Source: Sinorhizobium meliloti (GTDB lineage: Bacteria > Pseudomonadota > Alphaproteobacteria > Rhizobiales > Rhizobiaceae). From it: DNA of 32,000 bases. How positions within the stretch are numbered: the stretch's first letter is position 1; every line of letters begins with the position of its first letter. The stretch covers positions 1,410,001-1,442,000 of the forward strand of contig NZ_JAGIOS010000002.1 in NCBI RefSeq assembly GCF_017876815.1. Reading direction: 5' to 3'. The position numbers were made by a program, and so were the translations under genes. The notes below the pieces were generated by a model. That model had not been told where the DNA came from, did not search any database, and worked only from the letters and a program-made list of their open reading frames with translations. Below are positions 1 through 8,989 of the stretch, in pieces.

Positions 1-2810
1 TCTTTTAGTGCCTTGTCCAAGGTGCCGCCGAGCAGATCCTTGACCGAGGCGCCCGCACCGCCTCCGTTAAGGAGGTCGCCGATCGGCAACTTGTCGATCG
101 GCAGTCCGAAATCCTTGAGCTTTGCCAATGCGGCATCGGGGTTCTTCAGCAAGTCCGAAAGGTCCGGATAGATGCGGGGTGCGGCGAAGCTGCCTTCGAC
201 CACGACGGGGACGCCGATGCCATCGGTGGAGATCTCGGCGCCCTGGCCCTGGAGAGAAGCGACGAGCCGGGGCTCGAGCCGGAAGTTCAAAGTGCTCTGC
301 GCGAGGTCTGCCGCGCCGTTCCCGATCATGCGGATCAGTGGACCGACAAGTTTAAGGTCTTCGGTGCGCGCGACGCCGCCCTCAATGGCAAAGGATGCCG
401 CAAGCTCGGTGAATGTCGTCGCTTTGCTGCCGTCCTGCTTGAAGCCTGACGACATCAGGCTCACGAGATTATTGTAGACATCGGCGATGTCGATGCCGCG
501 AATGGCACCATCGGAAAAGGCCACGTCCGCGGTGCCCTGCAGTGACTTCGCAAGCGTCCTGCTCGTGGCGCCCGCACCCGTTACGTCGAACCGGGCTTTC
601 AATGCACCCTCGAGATATTTGAAGCCCGCCATGTCCGTCAAAAGCGGTGCGGCCGACGCTCCGGAGATGGAGGCCTGAAGGTCGATCGAGGGCTCGGCCT
701 GGGAGCCGTCGGCCTTAAGGCTCGCGACGACATGGCCGCCATAGAAGGGGCTTTCGGGCAGCGTCAGGCTTGCGACGCCATCGGAGACGACGAGACTGGT
801 GGCAACCGGTCCGGCAAAGACCTTGCCGTAGCCGAGTTTTTTGGCATTGAGCTGGACGGTTGCATCGATCGACCGAAGCGAAGAGAGATCCAGCGGAACG
901 TCGGCGGGTTCCGCCCCCTTCGACGCCTTTGCCTGCGGAGCCGGGGATTGCGCCCCGGCAAGCCGCGCAAGGTCCAGTTCGTCGAAGTTCAGCGCGGTCT
1001 TGATCTTCAGCGGTGTCGTGAATTCGACGGAGCCGCTGCCCGCACCTTCGACGCCGTTGACGGATATGCTCGCCTTTTGAAAGGAAACACCCGTCGCGCC
1101 CGCATCGACATGCCCGTTGAACGCCAGCGGACCGATGCTCTCAGCACCGCTCTGCCCGAGGGCGGCAAGGAAAGCAGAAAGGTCGGCGGTGGAAAAACCG
1201 AGTTTTCCCGCATAGGTCCCCGACAGAGCAGCTTTGCCGTCGAGCGACAGGTTTGTGTCGGACATCTTCACCTGAAGCTTGAAGGGCATTCCCTCAGTGG
1301 AGAGATTGCCGGTGAGAATCGTATCGGCGGCGGGGATTTGCAGATCGACATCGACCGGTTTGTTGCGCCAGTCCAGGCGGCCGGCCACGCGCACCGGCTT
1401 CGCGAGGCTTTCAATCCGGGCCGTGATCTTCTTCGCCTTCACCTCGCGCATCGTCTCATCGGCAATGCCCGGCAGGGTATAGGCCGCATCGCGCAGGCCG
1501 ATCGTTCCCGTGAGATCGGCCGTCTTTCTGACGGCTTCCGCATCTAGGCCGCGAAAGGCGAAGCCGGCGTCGATCGTCAATGCTCCCGAAAGCGGGACGG
1601 TTTGGCCGGCGAGGGCTGAGAGCTTCGCGATGTTGAGCCCGGTGCTTGCGAGGCGGCCCCGGAAGACCGGGTCTTCGGCCGTGACGTCGGTCGCGACGCT
1701 CGCGGCAACGCTGCCAGCGTCGATCCCCAGATGCCCGAGCTTAGCCGTCAGTTTTCCGTCCTTGAGTGCGGCCGAAAAGGAAACGTCCGACGCTGAAATT
1801 TCGCTAAGGGTCAAAGCGGCCGCGTTGATGCTCATATCGGCGTCGAAGCCGGCCAGAAACTGCAAATTCGCCGGCTTGGCCGTGTCCGCGGCCGGCGCTC
1901 CCGACTGCGACGTTTGCGGCGTGGCATCCATGAACGGCGTCAGGTCGAGCCGGTCGGCTTCGAGGTCTACAAGAAAGCGCGCGCGCTCCCCGGGGACGAA
2001 GAGCGCGTTCAGGCCGAAGACCTGTTCGCCGGCTTCCACTTCGCCGCCTCTTATCTGATAGCTGCCATTGGCGTTCAGGGTGAGCTGTCCGCTTGCCTCA
2101 AAGTTGGTCAGGCCCGGCGCGGGAGCCGGATCCGCTTCCGCGGTAACGGTGACATCGGCGGGCTGGCGCTCGAGCAGCGACCGCAGGGTTGAGATGGTAA
2201 AGCTCGTCTCGTAGTTCCGTTCGCCCATGCGGGCGGATGCAGAAAGCGAGAACTCGTCGTCGATGTCGGGTGCCGAAAGCGTAAGCGCTATATCGGACAC
2301 GACCTCATCGCGGTTCGTCGCGCTTCGCAGGATAAAGGTGCCGGACGCGATCGAGACCGACTCGATTGCGCTTCGTTCAAGAAAGGCGACGAGTGCGGGA
2401 AGCGGATCGCCAGAACCGGTCTCATGCCCGCTGCCTGCAGTGGTTAGCGCCGCTTCGTCCGCCGCCTTTTCTTCGAGGACGATGACGGGACGGTCGAGCG
2501 CGATCTGCTTGATGTGCAGGCGGTCCGACCAGAGGGAGGAAAGCGCCACCGAACCGGAGACCTCCGCAAACTCGGCGGTTATCCCTTCCGCTTCGGCCGA
2601 GAGCGTCACGTCTTCCGCGACGACCGCAAGATAGGGAAATGCCGAAAGGTTCACAGGGCCGTTGAACGCGATCGAACTGCCGGTCGCAGCCGACAATTGC
2701 CGGCCCAGTTCGCTCCGCACCCAATCGCTGGAAATCAGGCTTGGCAGAATGGCAATTGCAGCGATGGCGAGCGCGGCAACGCCCAGAAGACTAAGAATGA
2801 AGCGCCGCAT
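1..2810 (-). CDS. AsmA-family protein (partial; C-terminus lies beyond the left window edge)
   Basis: The minus-strand frame is open from the ATG at 2810-2808 (GGAG a few nt upstream) to the window edge, and the track lists no competing minus ORF in that frame. The N-terminus reads MRRFILSLLGVAALAIAAIAILPSLISSDWVRSELGRQLSAATGSSIAFNGPVNLS, a signal-anchor plus an AsmA-type N-terminal motif. The listed + strand ORFs here are Arg/Ala/Ser-rich shadow frames. Confidence 0.6.
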   Translation of the reverse strand, partial: MRRFILSLLGVAALAIAAIAILPSLISSDWVRSELGRQLSAATGSSIAFNGPVNLSAFPYLAVVAEDVTLSAEAEGITAEFAEVSGSVALSSLWSDRLHIKQIALDRPVIVLEEKAADEAALTTAGSGHETGSGDPLPALVAFLERSAIESVSIASGTFILRSATNRDEVVSDIALTLSAPDIDDEFSLSASARMGERNYETSFTISTLRSLLERQPADVTVTAEADPAPAPGLTNFEASGQLTLNANGSYQIRGGEVEAGEQVFGLNALFVPGERARFLVDLEADRLDLTPFMDATPQTSQSGAPAADTAKPANLQFLAGFDADMSINAAALTLSEISASDVSFSAALKDGKLTAKLGHLGIDAGSVAASVATDVTAEDPVFRGRLASTGLNIAKLSALAGQTVPLSGALTIDAGFAFRGLDAEAVRKTADLTGTIGLRDAAYTLPGIADETMREVKAKKITARIESLAKPVRVAGRLDWRNKPVDVDLQIPAADTILTGNLSTEGMPFKLQVKMSDTNLSLDGKAALSGTYAGKLGFSTADLSAFLAALGQSGAESIGPLAFNGHVDAGATGVSFQKASISVNGVEGAGSGSVEFTTPLKIKTALNFDELDLARLAGAQSPAPQAKASKGAEPADVPLDLSSLRSIDATVQLNAKKLGYGKVFAGPVATSLVVSDGVASLTLPESPFYGGHVVASLKADGSQAEPSIDLQASISGASAAPLLTDMAGFKYLEGALKARFDVTGAGATSRTLAKSLQGTADVAFSDGAIRGIDIADVYNNLVSLMSSGFKQDGSKATTFTELAASFAIEGGVARTEDLKLVGPLIRMIGNGAADLAQSTLNFRLEPRLVASLQGQGAEISTDGIGVPVVVEGSFAAPRIYPDLSDLLKNPDAALAKLKDFGLPIDKLPIGDLLNGGGAGASVKDLLGGTLDKALK

Positions 2811-2895
2811 CGCTTTCTCCTGGTTGTAAAAGCTATTGATTCGCTATCGTTTTCCAGAAAACGCGATTTCGCAAATGTCTTTCGCGAAGTGGGCG

Positions 2896-3927
2896 TCAGA
2901 TATTTTCCGGCGTATAGATGTCGAAAGGTAGGAAGGTCTGGCCGGGCACGCTCGAAGCACCCCGGTCGATCGCGCCGATCATAAGGTCTATCGTTTCCCG
3001 GGCCAAAGCCGGAACGGGCGTCGAGATCGCCATCAGAACCGTTTCGTCGGTAAGGCCCGCGCGCGATTCCGGCGTCAGCTCGTTGACGACGGCGAGCAGC
3101 TTGCCCCCGAGCTTTTCCTCGCGGATCGCCGAGATGGCCCCCTCCATGCCGCCGCCGCAGACGTAAAAGCCTAAGAGATCCGGATGGCGCTGAAGGAGAT
3201 CGAGCGTCGCCTCGTGGGTGATGTCGGGCGTGTCGAGATTCACCATCGTGTCGAGGACCTCGAAATCGGGTGCGTTTTCGCGAAAATAGGACCGAAACCC
3301 GATCTCGCGCAATTCGTGCCCATGGAAACGGTGGCTCCCGACGAAGGCCGCGACCTTTCCGGGCCGCTTGGCTGCCTTGACGATCATCCAGGCAGCCGTC
3401 CTGCCGACTTTCTGATTGTTCAAACCGATATAGCCTTCGCGTACGCCCGCCGCGAAATCGGACAGCAGGGCGAAGACGGGGACGCCGCGTTCCTTGAGCT
3501 CCTCGATTGCCGCAGTCACGGCCGGGTAGTCGGGCGACACCAGCGCGATCGCCTGATTGCGCGCCGCCATCATCTTCAGCTTTTCGACGATGGCGCTGGG
3601 CGTGGAGCTTGCGACGAAATCCACCTGCGCGTTGGCGCGGACATGCGTCACCGAAAGCGCCGCGTTTTCGATCTCCTTTGCCAAGGCCTTGTAGAACGAC
3701 TGCTCGGGCTTTTGCAGGAGAAAGCCGAGCGAGTATTGCGGCAGGTCCTCGAAGACCCTTTGCCGCAGCAGGCCGACGGCATGATAGCCGATGGTTTTCG
3801 CCGCATCATAGACGCGGCGTGCCGTTTCCTCGCGCACCGGATGACGGCCGTTCAGCACCCGGTCGACCGTTGCGACGCTCACGCCGGAGGCGCGGGCGAG
3901 ATCCGCGATCGTCGGCCTCTTCGTCAT
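2896..3927 (-). CDS. LacI-family transcriptional regulator
   Basis: 343-aa ORF. The N-terminal HTH reads TIADLARASGVSVATVDRVLNG, followed by a periplasmic-binding-protein-like sugar-binding core. It is divergent from the oxygenase operon. Confidence 0.9.
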   Translation of the reverse strand: MTKRPTIADLARASGVSVATVDRVLNGRHPVREETARRVYDAAKTIGYHAVGLLRQRVFEDLPQYSLGFLLQKPEQSFYKALAKEIENAALSVTHVRANAQVDFVASSTPSAIVEKLKMMAARNQAIALVSPDYPAVTAAIEELKERGVPVFALLSDFAAGVREGYIGLNNQKVGRTAAWMIVKAAKRPGKVAAFVGSHRFHGHELREIGFRSYFRENAPDFEVLDTMVNLDTPDITHEATLDLLQRHPDLLGFYVCGGGMEGAISAIREEKLGGKLLAVVNELTPESRAGLTDETVLMAISTPVPALARETIDLMIGAIDRGASSVPGQTFLPFDIYTPENI

Positions 3928-4133
3928 GTTCCCTCCCTGAAACTATTCCCTCATCCGTGAGCCTGTCGTTCTGATAGGAATTGAGAGAATATATCATGAC
4001 TGCATTGAGAAGCATCCAAAGTCAACCTATCCTCACTTCATTGGATGGAGGCGCCGATCGGGAGAGGCGCCGGTTCAAAAGGCTGCAGCCACATTAGCGC
4101 ATATGAGAGGCGCCCGCTGCAGGGGAGGCAGGG

Positions 4134-5225
4134 ATGACGACAGTTGCGACGAAGCGCGATTACAGCCTGCTCGGCCGCGATGCCGAGGCGGCGGTTGCAA
4201 GCGGCCTTGCCGCAGCCGAATGGTATCACACCGACATTCCGCGCAAGCAGATGAAGGAGCTGATGAAGCGGGAGGACGGCCCCGCCATCCGTGACACCGC
4301 GATCTGGCTCGGCAGCATGGTTCTTCTCGGCGGCCTCGGCATCTATTTCTGGGGAAGCTGGTGGGCGGCGCCTTTTTTCCTAGCCTATGGCGTCCTTTAC
4401 GGATCCGCTTCCGATAGCCGCTGGCATGAATGCGGCCATGGCACCGCTTTCAAGACGATGTGGATGAACGACGCCGTCTACCAGATCGCCTGCTTCATGA
4501 TCATGCGCAATCCGGTCACCTGGCGCTGGAGCCATACCCGCCATCATACCGATACCGTCATCGTCGGGCGCGACCCGGAAATCGCCGTCATGCGGCCGCC
4601 GGACCTCCTCCGTTTAGTCCTCAACTTCTTCGGCATCATCGACGTCTGGCATGCCATGATCGATATGGTCAGAAACGCCTTCGGCGTGACCAGCGCCGCG
4701 GAGAAGACCTTCATTCCGGAAATGGAGCAGCCGAAGGCGATCCGCGTCGCCCGGATCTGGCTTGCCATCTATCTGGCGACGATCGGCCTTTCGCTCTATC
4801 TCGGCTCGATCCTGCCCTTGATGCTCATCGGTCTGCCGCGGCTTTACGGCGCTTGGCATCACGTGCTGACGGGGCTTCTGCAGCATGGCGGCCTTGCCGA
4901 CAACGTGACCGACCACCGGCTGAACAGCCGCACGGTCTACATGAATCCGGTCAGCCGCTTCGTCTACTGGAACATGAACTACCATGTGGAGCACCACATG
5001 TTCCCGATGGTGCCCTATCACGCGCTGCCGAGGCTGCACGCCATGATCAAGCACGACCTGCCGGCGGCCAATCCTTCGATCCTGCACGGCTACCGTGAAA
5101 TGATCCCGGCATTCCTGCGGCAGCTGAGGAACGATGATTATTTTCTGAAGCGCGAACTGCCGCCGACGGCAAAGCCCTATCGCGAAGAGTTCCACAACGA
5201 CCGGCTCGTTCCTGCCGCGGAGTGA
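4134..5225 (+). CDS. Fatty-acid-desaturase-family membrane di-iron oxygenase (MocD-like hydroxylase component)
   Basis: 363 aa. Three histidine boxes are visible: HECGH, HTRHH and HVEHH. Hydrophobic segments lie between them. GGGGAGG precedes the ATG. Confidence 0.85.
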   Translation: MTTVATKRDYSLLGRDAEAAVASGLAAAEWYHTDIPRKQMKELMKREDGPAIRDTAIWLGSMVLLGGLGIYFWGSWWAAPFFLAYGVLYGSASDSRWHECGHGTAFKTMWMNDAVYQIACFMIMRNPVTWRWSHTRHHTDTVIVGRDPEIAVMRPPDLLRLVLNFFGIIDVWHAMIDMVRNAFGVTSAAEKTFIPEMEQPKAIRVARIWLAIYLATIGLSLYLGSILPLMLIGLPRLYGAWHHVLTGLLQHGGLADNVTDHRLNSRTVYMNPVSRFVYWNMNYHVEHHMFPMVPYHALPRLHAMIKHDLPAANPSILHGYREMIPAFLRQLRNDDYFLKRELPPTAKPYREEFHNDRLVPAAE

Positions 5226-5269
5226 GGCGGCGCGGGCGATCGCAGCAAACCATCGAATGGAGGAAAGAA

Positions 5270-5587
5270 ATGAGCTCGAACTGGGTGGAGGTCTGTGCGG
5301 CCGAAGAGATCGACGAGGAAGATGTCGTCCGTTTCGATCACGAGGGGCGCACCTTTGCCGTTTATCGCAGCCCGGACGACGAATATTTCGCGACCGACGG
5401 TCTCTGCACGCACGAGCAGATCCACCTCGCCGACGGCCTGGTGATGGGCGACATCATCGAATGTCCGAAGCATAACGGCCGCTTCAACTATAAGACCGGC
5501 CAGGCCAGGGGCGCCCCCGTCTGCGTCAACCTCAGGACCTATCCGGTCAAGGTGGAGGCGGGGAGCGTGTTCATCGGGCTTTCTTAA
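5270..5587 (+). CDS. Rieske [2Fe-2S] ferredoxin (MocE-like)
   Basis: The Rieske ligand motifs C-T-H (GLCTHEQ) and C-P-K-H (IECPKHNG) are present. The start is taken at the internal ATG at 5270, preceded by GGAGGAAAGAA, rather than the track start at 5222. Confidence 0.85.
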   Translation: MSSNWVEVCAAEEIDEEDVVRFDHEGRTFAVYRSPDDEYFATDGLCTHEQIHLADGLVMGDIIECPKHNGRFNYKTGQARGAPVCVNLRTYPVKVEAGSVFIGLS

Positions 5588-5698
5588 GGGTTGAGATTTT
5601 GGACGCTCCCGGCGGGTGAGAGGGCATGAATCCGGAACGCGTCGGACGAAATGCTTTCGCAGGGAGAGGGGCCTTCAAGGCAGAAAAGGGAGGAGAGC

Positions 5699-6925
5699 AT
5701 GACGCATATCGTTATTATCGGCGCCGGCGAATGCGGTGCGCGGGCAGCCTTTGCCCTCCGGGAAAAGGGCTTCGGCGGCGAAATCATGCTAATCGGCGCC
5801 GAACCGCACCTTCCCTATGAGCGGCCGCCGCTTTCCAAGGACGGCCTCGCGGAGGCCTCCCTGCCGAAATTCATCGCGGGCGCCGCGCGCTACGAAGAAG
5901 CGCGGATTGCGGTGCTGACCGGCGTCACGGCGGAGAGCATCGACCGCGTGCACAAAGCCGTCACGCTCTCGGACGGACGATCCCTCGATTATGACCGTCT
6001 GCTTCTTGCCACCGGCGCCCGGCCCCGCGCTTTTCCGCGCGTGCCGGAAAATGCCGGGCGCATCCGGACGCTGAGGACGCATGCCGATGCGCTTGCGATC
6101 CGCGGCGCCCTTACACCCGGTGCAAGGCTCGCCGTCATCGGCGGCGGCTTCATCGGCCTGGAGCTTGCCGCGACTGCGCGCAAGCTCGGCGCCGAAGTCG
6201 TGCTTGTCGAAGGCCTGCCGCGCGTTCTCTCACGCGGCGTGCCGGAGGAGATTGCCGTTTTGGTCGCCGAGCGGCACAGGCGGGAAGGCGTGGAGATCAT
6301 CTGTGGCGCGCAAATCGCGGCGATCGACGAAGCCGGAGACGGCGCACGCCTGCTGCTTGCCGACGGAGTCGACATCGAGGCCGACCTGATCGTCGTCGGC
6401 ATCGGCGCGGTGCCCAACACCGAACTTGCGGAGGCGGCCGGACTTGCGATCGAAAACGGCATTGCCGTCGACGAGAGGCTCTGCACGTCGGACCCCGACA
6501 TCTATGCCGCCGGCGACTGCTGCTCCTTCCCTCTGCCCCATTATGGCGGCCGGCGGGTGCGGCTCGAAGCCTGGCGCAATGCCCAGGACCAGGGCGCGCT
6601 TGCCGCCGCCAATCTGATGGGTGCGGGAGAAACCATGGTCAGCGTGCCGTGGTTCTGGTCGGATCAGTACGAGTTCACCCTGCAGATCGCGGGGCTTGCC
6701 GACGGTGCAGAAACGACCGTGCGGCGCGACATGGAGGAGGGAGCCTTCATCCTCTTTCATCTGGATGGCGAGGGACGGCTGATCGCCGCAAGCGGCATCG
6801 GCCCCGGCAATGCAGTCGCCCGCGATATCCGCCTTGCCGAAATGCTGATCGCCGCCGGGGCAAAGCCGGAGCCGCTGGCGCTTGCCTCGCCCGAAACCCG
6901 GCTCAAGAAGCTGCTGGCGGCCTGA
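5699..6925 (+). CDS. FAD/NAD(P)H-dependent ferredoxin reductase (MocF-like, pyridine nucleotide-disulfide oxidoreductase family)
   Basis: Two Rossmann GxGxxG motifs are visible (IVIIGAGECGARAA and LAVIGGGFIGLELA). The start is taken at ATG 5699 after GGGAGGAGAGC, where the track ORF starts at 5651. Confidence 0.85.
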   Translation: MTHIVIIGAGECGARAAFALREKGFGGEIMLIGAEPHLPYERPPLSKDGLAEASLPKFIAGAARYEEARIAVLTGVTAESIDRVHKAVTLSDGRSLDYDRLLLATGARPRAFPRVPENAGRIRTLRTHADALAIRGALTPGARLAVIGGGFIGLELAATARKLGAEVVLVEGLPRVLSRGVPEEIAVLVAERHRREGVEIICGAQIAAIDEAGDGARLLLADGVDIEADLIVVGIGAVPNTELAEAAGLAIENGIAVDERLCTSDPDIYAAGDCCSFPLPHYGGRRVRLEAWRNAQDQGALAAANLMGAGETMVSVPWFWSDQYEFTLQIAGLADGAETTVRRDMEEGAFILFHLDGEGRLIAASGIGPGNAVARDIRLAEMLIAAGAKPEPLALASPETRLKKLLAA

Positions 6926-7005
6926 GTGCCTTTTCTTTGAAACGACGCACGTTCCGAGGCGAAAGTGCTGCTCGCTCTCGCCGGAGCGCTCTACTGGAGA
7001 GACCG

Positions 7006-7806
7006 ATGAGACACCGCCGCCCGACCGTTGCCGATCTCCTGTCGATGAAAGGAAAGCGCCAGCTTACCATGCTCCGGGTCATGACGCTGGAAGAGGCGGA
7101 GGCTGCGGAGAAGGCACGCATCGACCTCGTCTCCGTCCCGCCGGCGCTGCTCGGCCCGGAGTTTCGCGAGGCGGCCCCTTCCGTCTTCGCCTTTCCCGGC
7201 CTCGAATATGGAGACCATGTCACCGCGGAGGATTATATCCGTGCCGCCTTTCAGGCGCTGAAGGCAGGCGGCGACGCTGTCTACTGCGCCGCAAGCCTTT
7301 CTACCGTGCGGCGCATGCGCGAGGAAGGCATTCCCGTCTGCGGCCATGTTGGGCTGATCCCTTCCAAGGCCACCTGGACCGGCGGTTTTCGCGCCGTCGG
7401 AAAGACGGCCGCAAGCGCGCTCGAGATCTGGCGCCAGACGAAGGCGCTGGAAGAGGCGGGCGCCTTTGCCGCCGAGATCGAGGTGGTGCCCGGCGAAGTC
7501 GCCGCCGCGATCAGCGCGCGCAGCTCGATGCTGATGCTGTCGATGGGGGCGGGGACGGGCTGCGACGCTCAATATCTCTTTGCCGAGGACGTGCTCGGCG
7601 CCAATCGCGGCCATTATCCGCGCCACGCTAAGACCTATCGCAACTTCGCCGCCGAATATGACCGGCTGCAGCAGGAGCGCATCGCCGCCTTCTCCGAATT
7701 CGTTTTCGACGTCCGTTCCGGCGCCTATCCGGAAAAAGGCCATCTTGTCGGTATTGAGGAGAAGGAGCTTAGCACTTTCCTGAGCGAAGTCGAAGGCGGG
7801 CGCTGA
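7006..7806 (+). CDS. PanB (3-methyl-2-oxobutanoate hydroxymethyltransferase)-family protein, divergent
   Basis: Blocks recalled from PanB are present: GIPVCGHVGLIPSK, ALEEAGAFAAEIEVVP, SMGAGTGCD and SGAYPEKGH. The start is at the internal ATG 7006 of track ORF 6649..7806; the upstream part of that ORF is Arg-rich junk overlapping the reductase gene. Confidence 0.7.
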   Translation: MRHRRPTVADLLSMKGKRQLTMLRVMTLEEAEAAEKARIDLVSVPPALLGPEFREAAPSVFAFPGLEYGDHVTAEDYIRAAFQALKAGGDAVYCAASLSTVRRMREEGIPVCGHVGLIPSKATWTGGFRAVGKTAASALEIWRQTKALEEAGAFAAEIEVVPGEVAAAISARSSMLMLSMGAGTGCDAQYLFAEDVLGANRGHYPRHAKTYRNFAAEYDRLQQERIAAFSEFVFDVRSGAYPEKGHLVGIEEKELSTFLSEVEGGR

Positions 7807-7842
7807 GCGAGACGAGCTCACCTCCCAGTGGGGCCGCCGCCT

Positions 7843-7880
7843 GGCCGCCTCGACCGAAAAGGATCGAGGCGGTCTTTTTT
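7843..7880 (+). terminator. Rho-independent terminator of the oxygenase/PanB-like operon
   Basis: A perfect 9-bp stem pairs CCGCCTCGA (7845-7853) with TCGAGGCGG (7864-7872). The loop is 10 nt and is followed by TTTTTT (7875-7880), 37 nt after the stop codon. Confidence 0.75.
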
Positions 7881-7950
7881 GTGCCGCTCGGCTGCGCCAG
7901 GGATTTGCCAGAAAGTGTGGTTTGTGGAATATGGCGGCGAGATGCGGGCG

Positions 7951-8043
7951 CCGCCCTCACCTCAACCTCTGCCCGCAGGCGCATGCCGCCAGTCCCTTTT
8001 CCCCGCCTGCGGGGAGCAGGTGCCGGCAGGCGGATGAGGGGGC
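7951..8043. repeat. GC-rich nested palindromic intergenic element (RIME/REP-like)
   Basis: Inner arms are GCCCGCAGGCG (7971-7981) and CGCCTGCGGG (8004-8013). Outer arms are CCCTCA (7954-7959) and TGAGGG (8035-8040). A palindrome TGCCGGCA lies at 8021-8028. It sits in a non-coding gap upstream of kpsM1 and resembles repeats that generate spurious Pro/Arg/Gly ORFs in rhizobial genomes. Confidence 0.4.
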
Positions 8044-8083
8044 AGCGAGCGCTCCATCAACGGCAATTCACTTAGGATCGGAC

Positions 8084-8860
8084 GTGAATCTCATCCAGCA
8101 GCATCTGCGAGTGACGGCGGCGCTCATCGTGCGGGAAATGTCGACGCGCTTCGGTTCGAAGCCGGGGGGCTATCTCTGGGCGATCTTCGACCCGGTGGCC
8201 CATGTCGCGCTGATGACGCTCATCTTCCAGGCGATCGCCCGGATGCCGGCGCTGGGCCTGAGCTTTCCGCTGTTCTTCGCAAGCGGCTATCTGCCCTTCG
8301 CCTTCTATCAGCGCATGTCCGGCTTCATGGCCGGCACGGTGAAGGCCAACAAGGCACTCTTCTCATACCCAATCGTCACCCCTTTCGATGCGATCGTCTC
8401 GCGCTTCATCCTTCAGCTGATGACCGATACGCTGGTGACGATCCTCATCCTGATGATGATCCTCGAACTCGGCGGTGTCACCCAGCCGATGAACATCGCC
8501 GGCATGATCGAAGCCGCGGGTGCTGCCGCCCTGCTGGGTCTCGGCATCGGCACGATCAACATCGTGATGTTTGCCCGCTTCCCGCTTTACGAACAGATCT
8601 TCAGCATCATCAACCGGCCGCTCTTTATGATCTCCGGGGTCTTCTTCCTGCCGGAATCGCTGCCGAGCCCCTTCCGCGATTTTCTGCTGCACAACCCGCT
8701 CGTGCACGTCATCATGTGGTTTAGGGCGAGCATCTACCCGGAGTACCGGGCCGACTTGCTGGACAAGGGCTATATGATCGAATTCGCGCTTGTCTGCTTT
8801 GTGGCAGGGCTGGTTCTGTTGACGGCCTCGACACGGGAGATACGAGAGGATAGGCTTTGA
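8084..8860 (+). CDS. kpsM: Capsule-export ABC-2 permease, orphan KpsM/RkpT-like paralog
   Basis: 258 aa counted from the GTG at 8084. By eye it aligns end to end with the product of 17834..18613, sharing VREM.TRFGSKPGGY.WA, IFQAIAR.PALG, KANKAL.SYP, YPLYEQ.FSI.NRPLF.ISGVFFLP and NPLVH.IM.FR...YPEYRA. No ATPase gene follows it. Confidence 0.85.
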   Translation: MNLIQQHLRVTAALIVREMSTRFGSKPGGYLWAIFDPVAHVALMTLIFQAIARMPALGLSFPLFFASGYLPFAFYQRMSGFMAGTVKANKALFSYPIVTPFDAIVSRFILQLMTDTLVTILILMMILELGGVTQPMNIAGMIEAAGAAALLGLGIGTINIVMFARFPLYEQIFSIINRPLFMISGVFFLPESLPSPFRDFLLHNPLVHVIMWFRASIYPEYRADLLDKGYMIEFALVCFVAGLVLLTASTREIREDRL

Positions 8861-8989
8861 GTGACGCGCGGCAGTAATTAGATGGTCCTGGACGCGAACA
8901 AGCGGCTTTTCGCTTCGAAAAGAGGACAGCCCCACACATGTGGACGCGCCAGATCGGATTCAGCATGTCGGCATGTCGAGTACCTCAAA

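Noticed and set aside
122-2724. Many listed ORFs on both strands inside 1-2810 (for example 732..1547 +, 1510..2058 +, 2227..2634 +, 2422..2724 -)
   Set aside because: Their translations are Arg/Ala/Ser/Pro-rich and low in complexity, as is typical of off-frame reading in high-GC DNA. They lie within a long minus-strand frame that has a convincing AsmA-type N-terminus.
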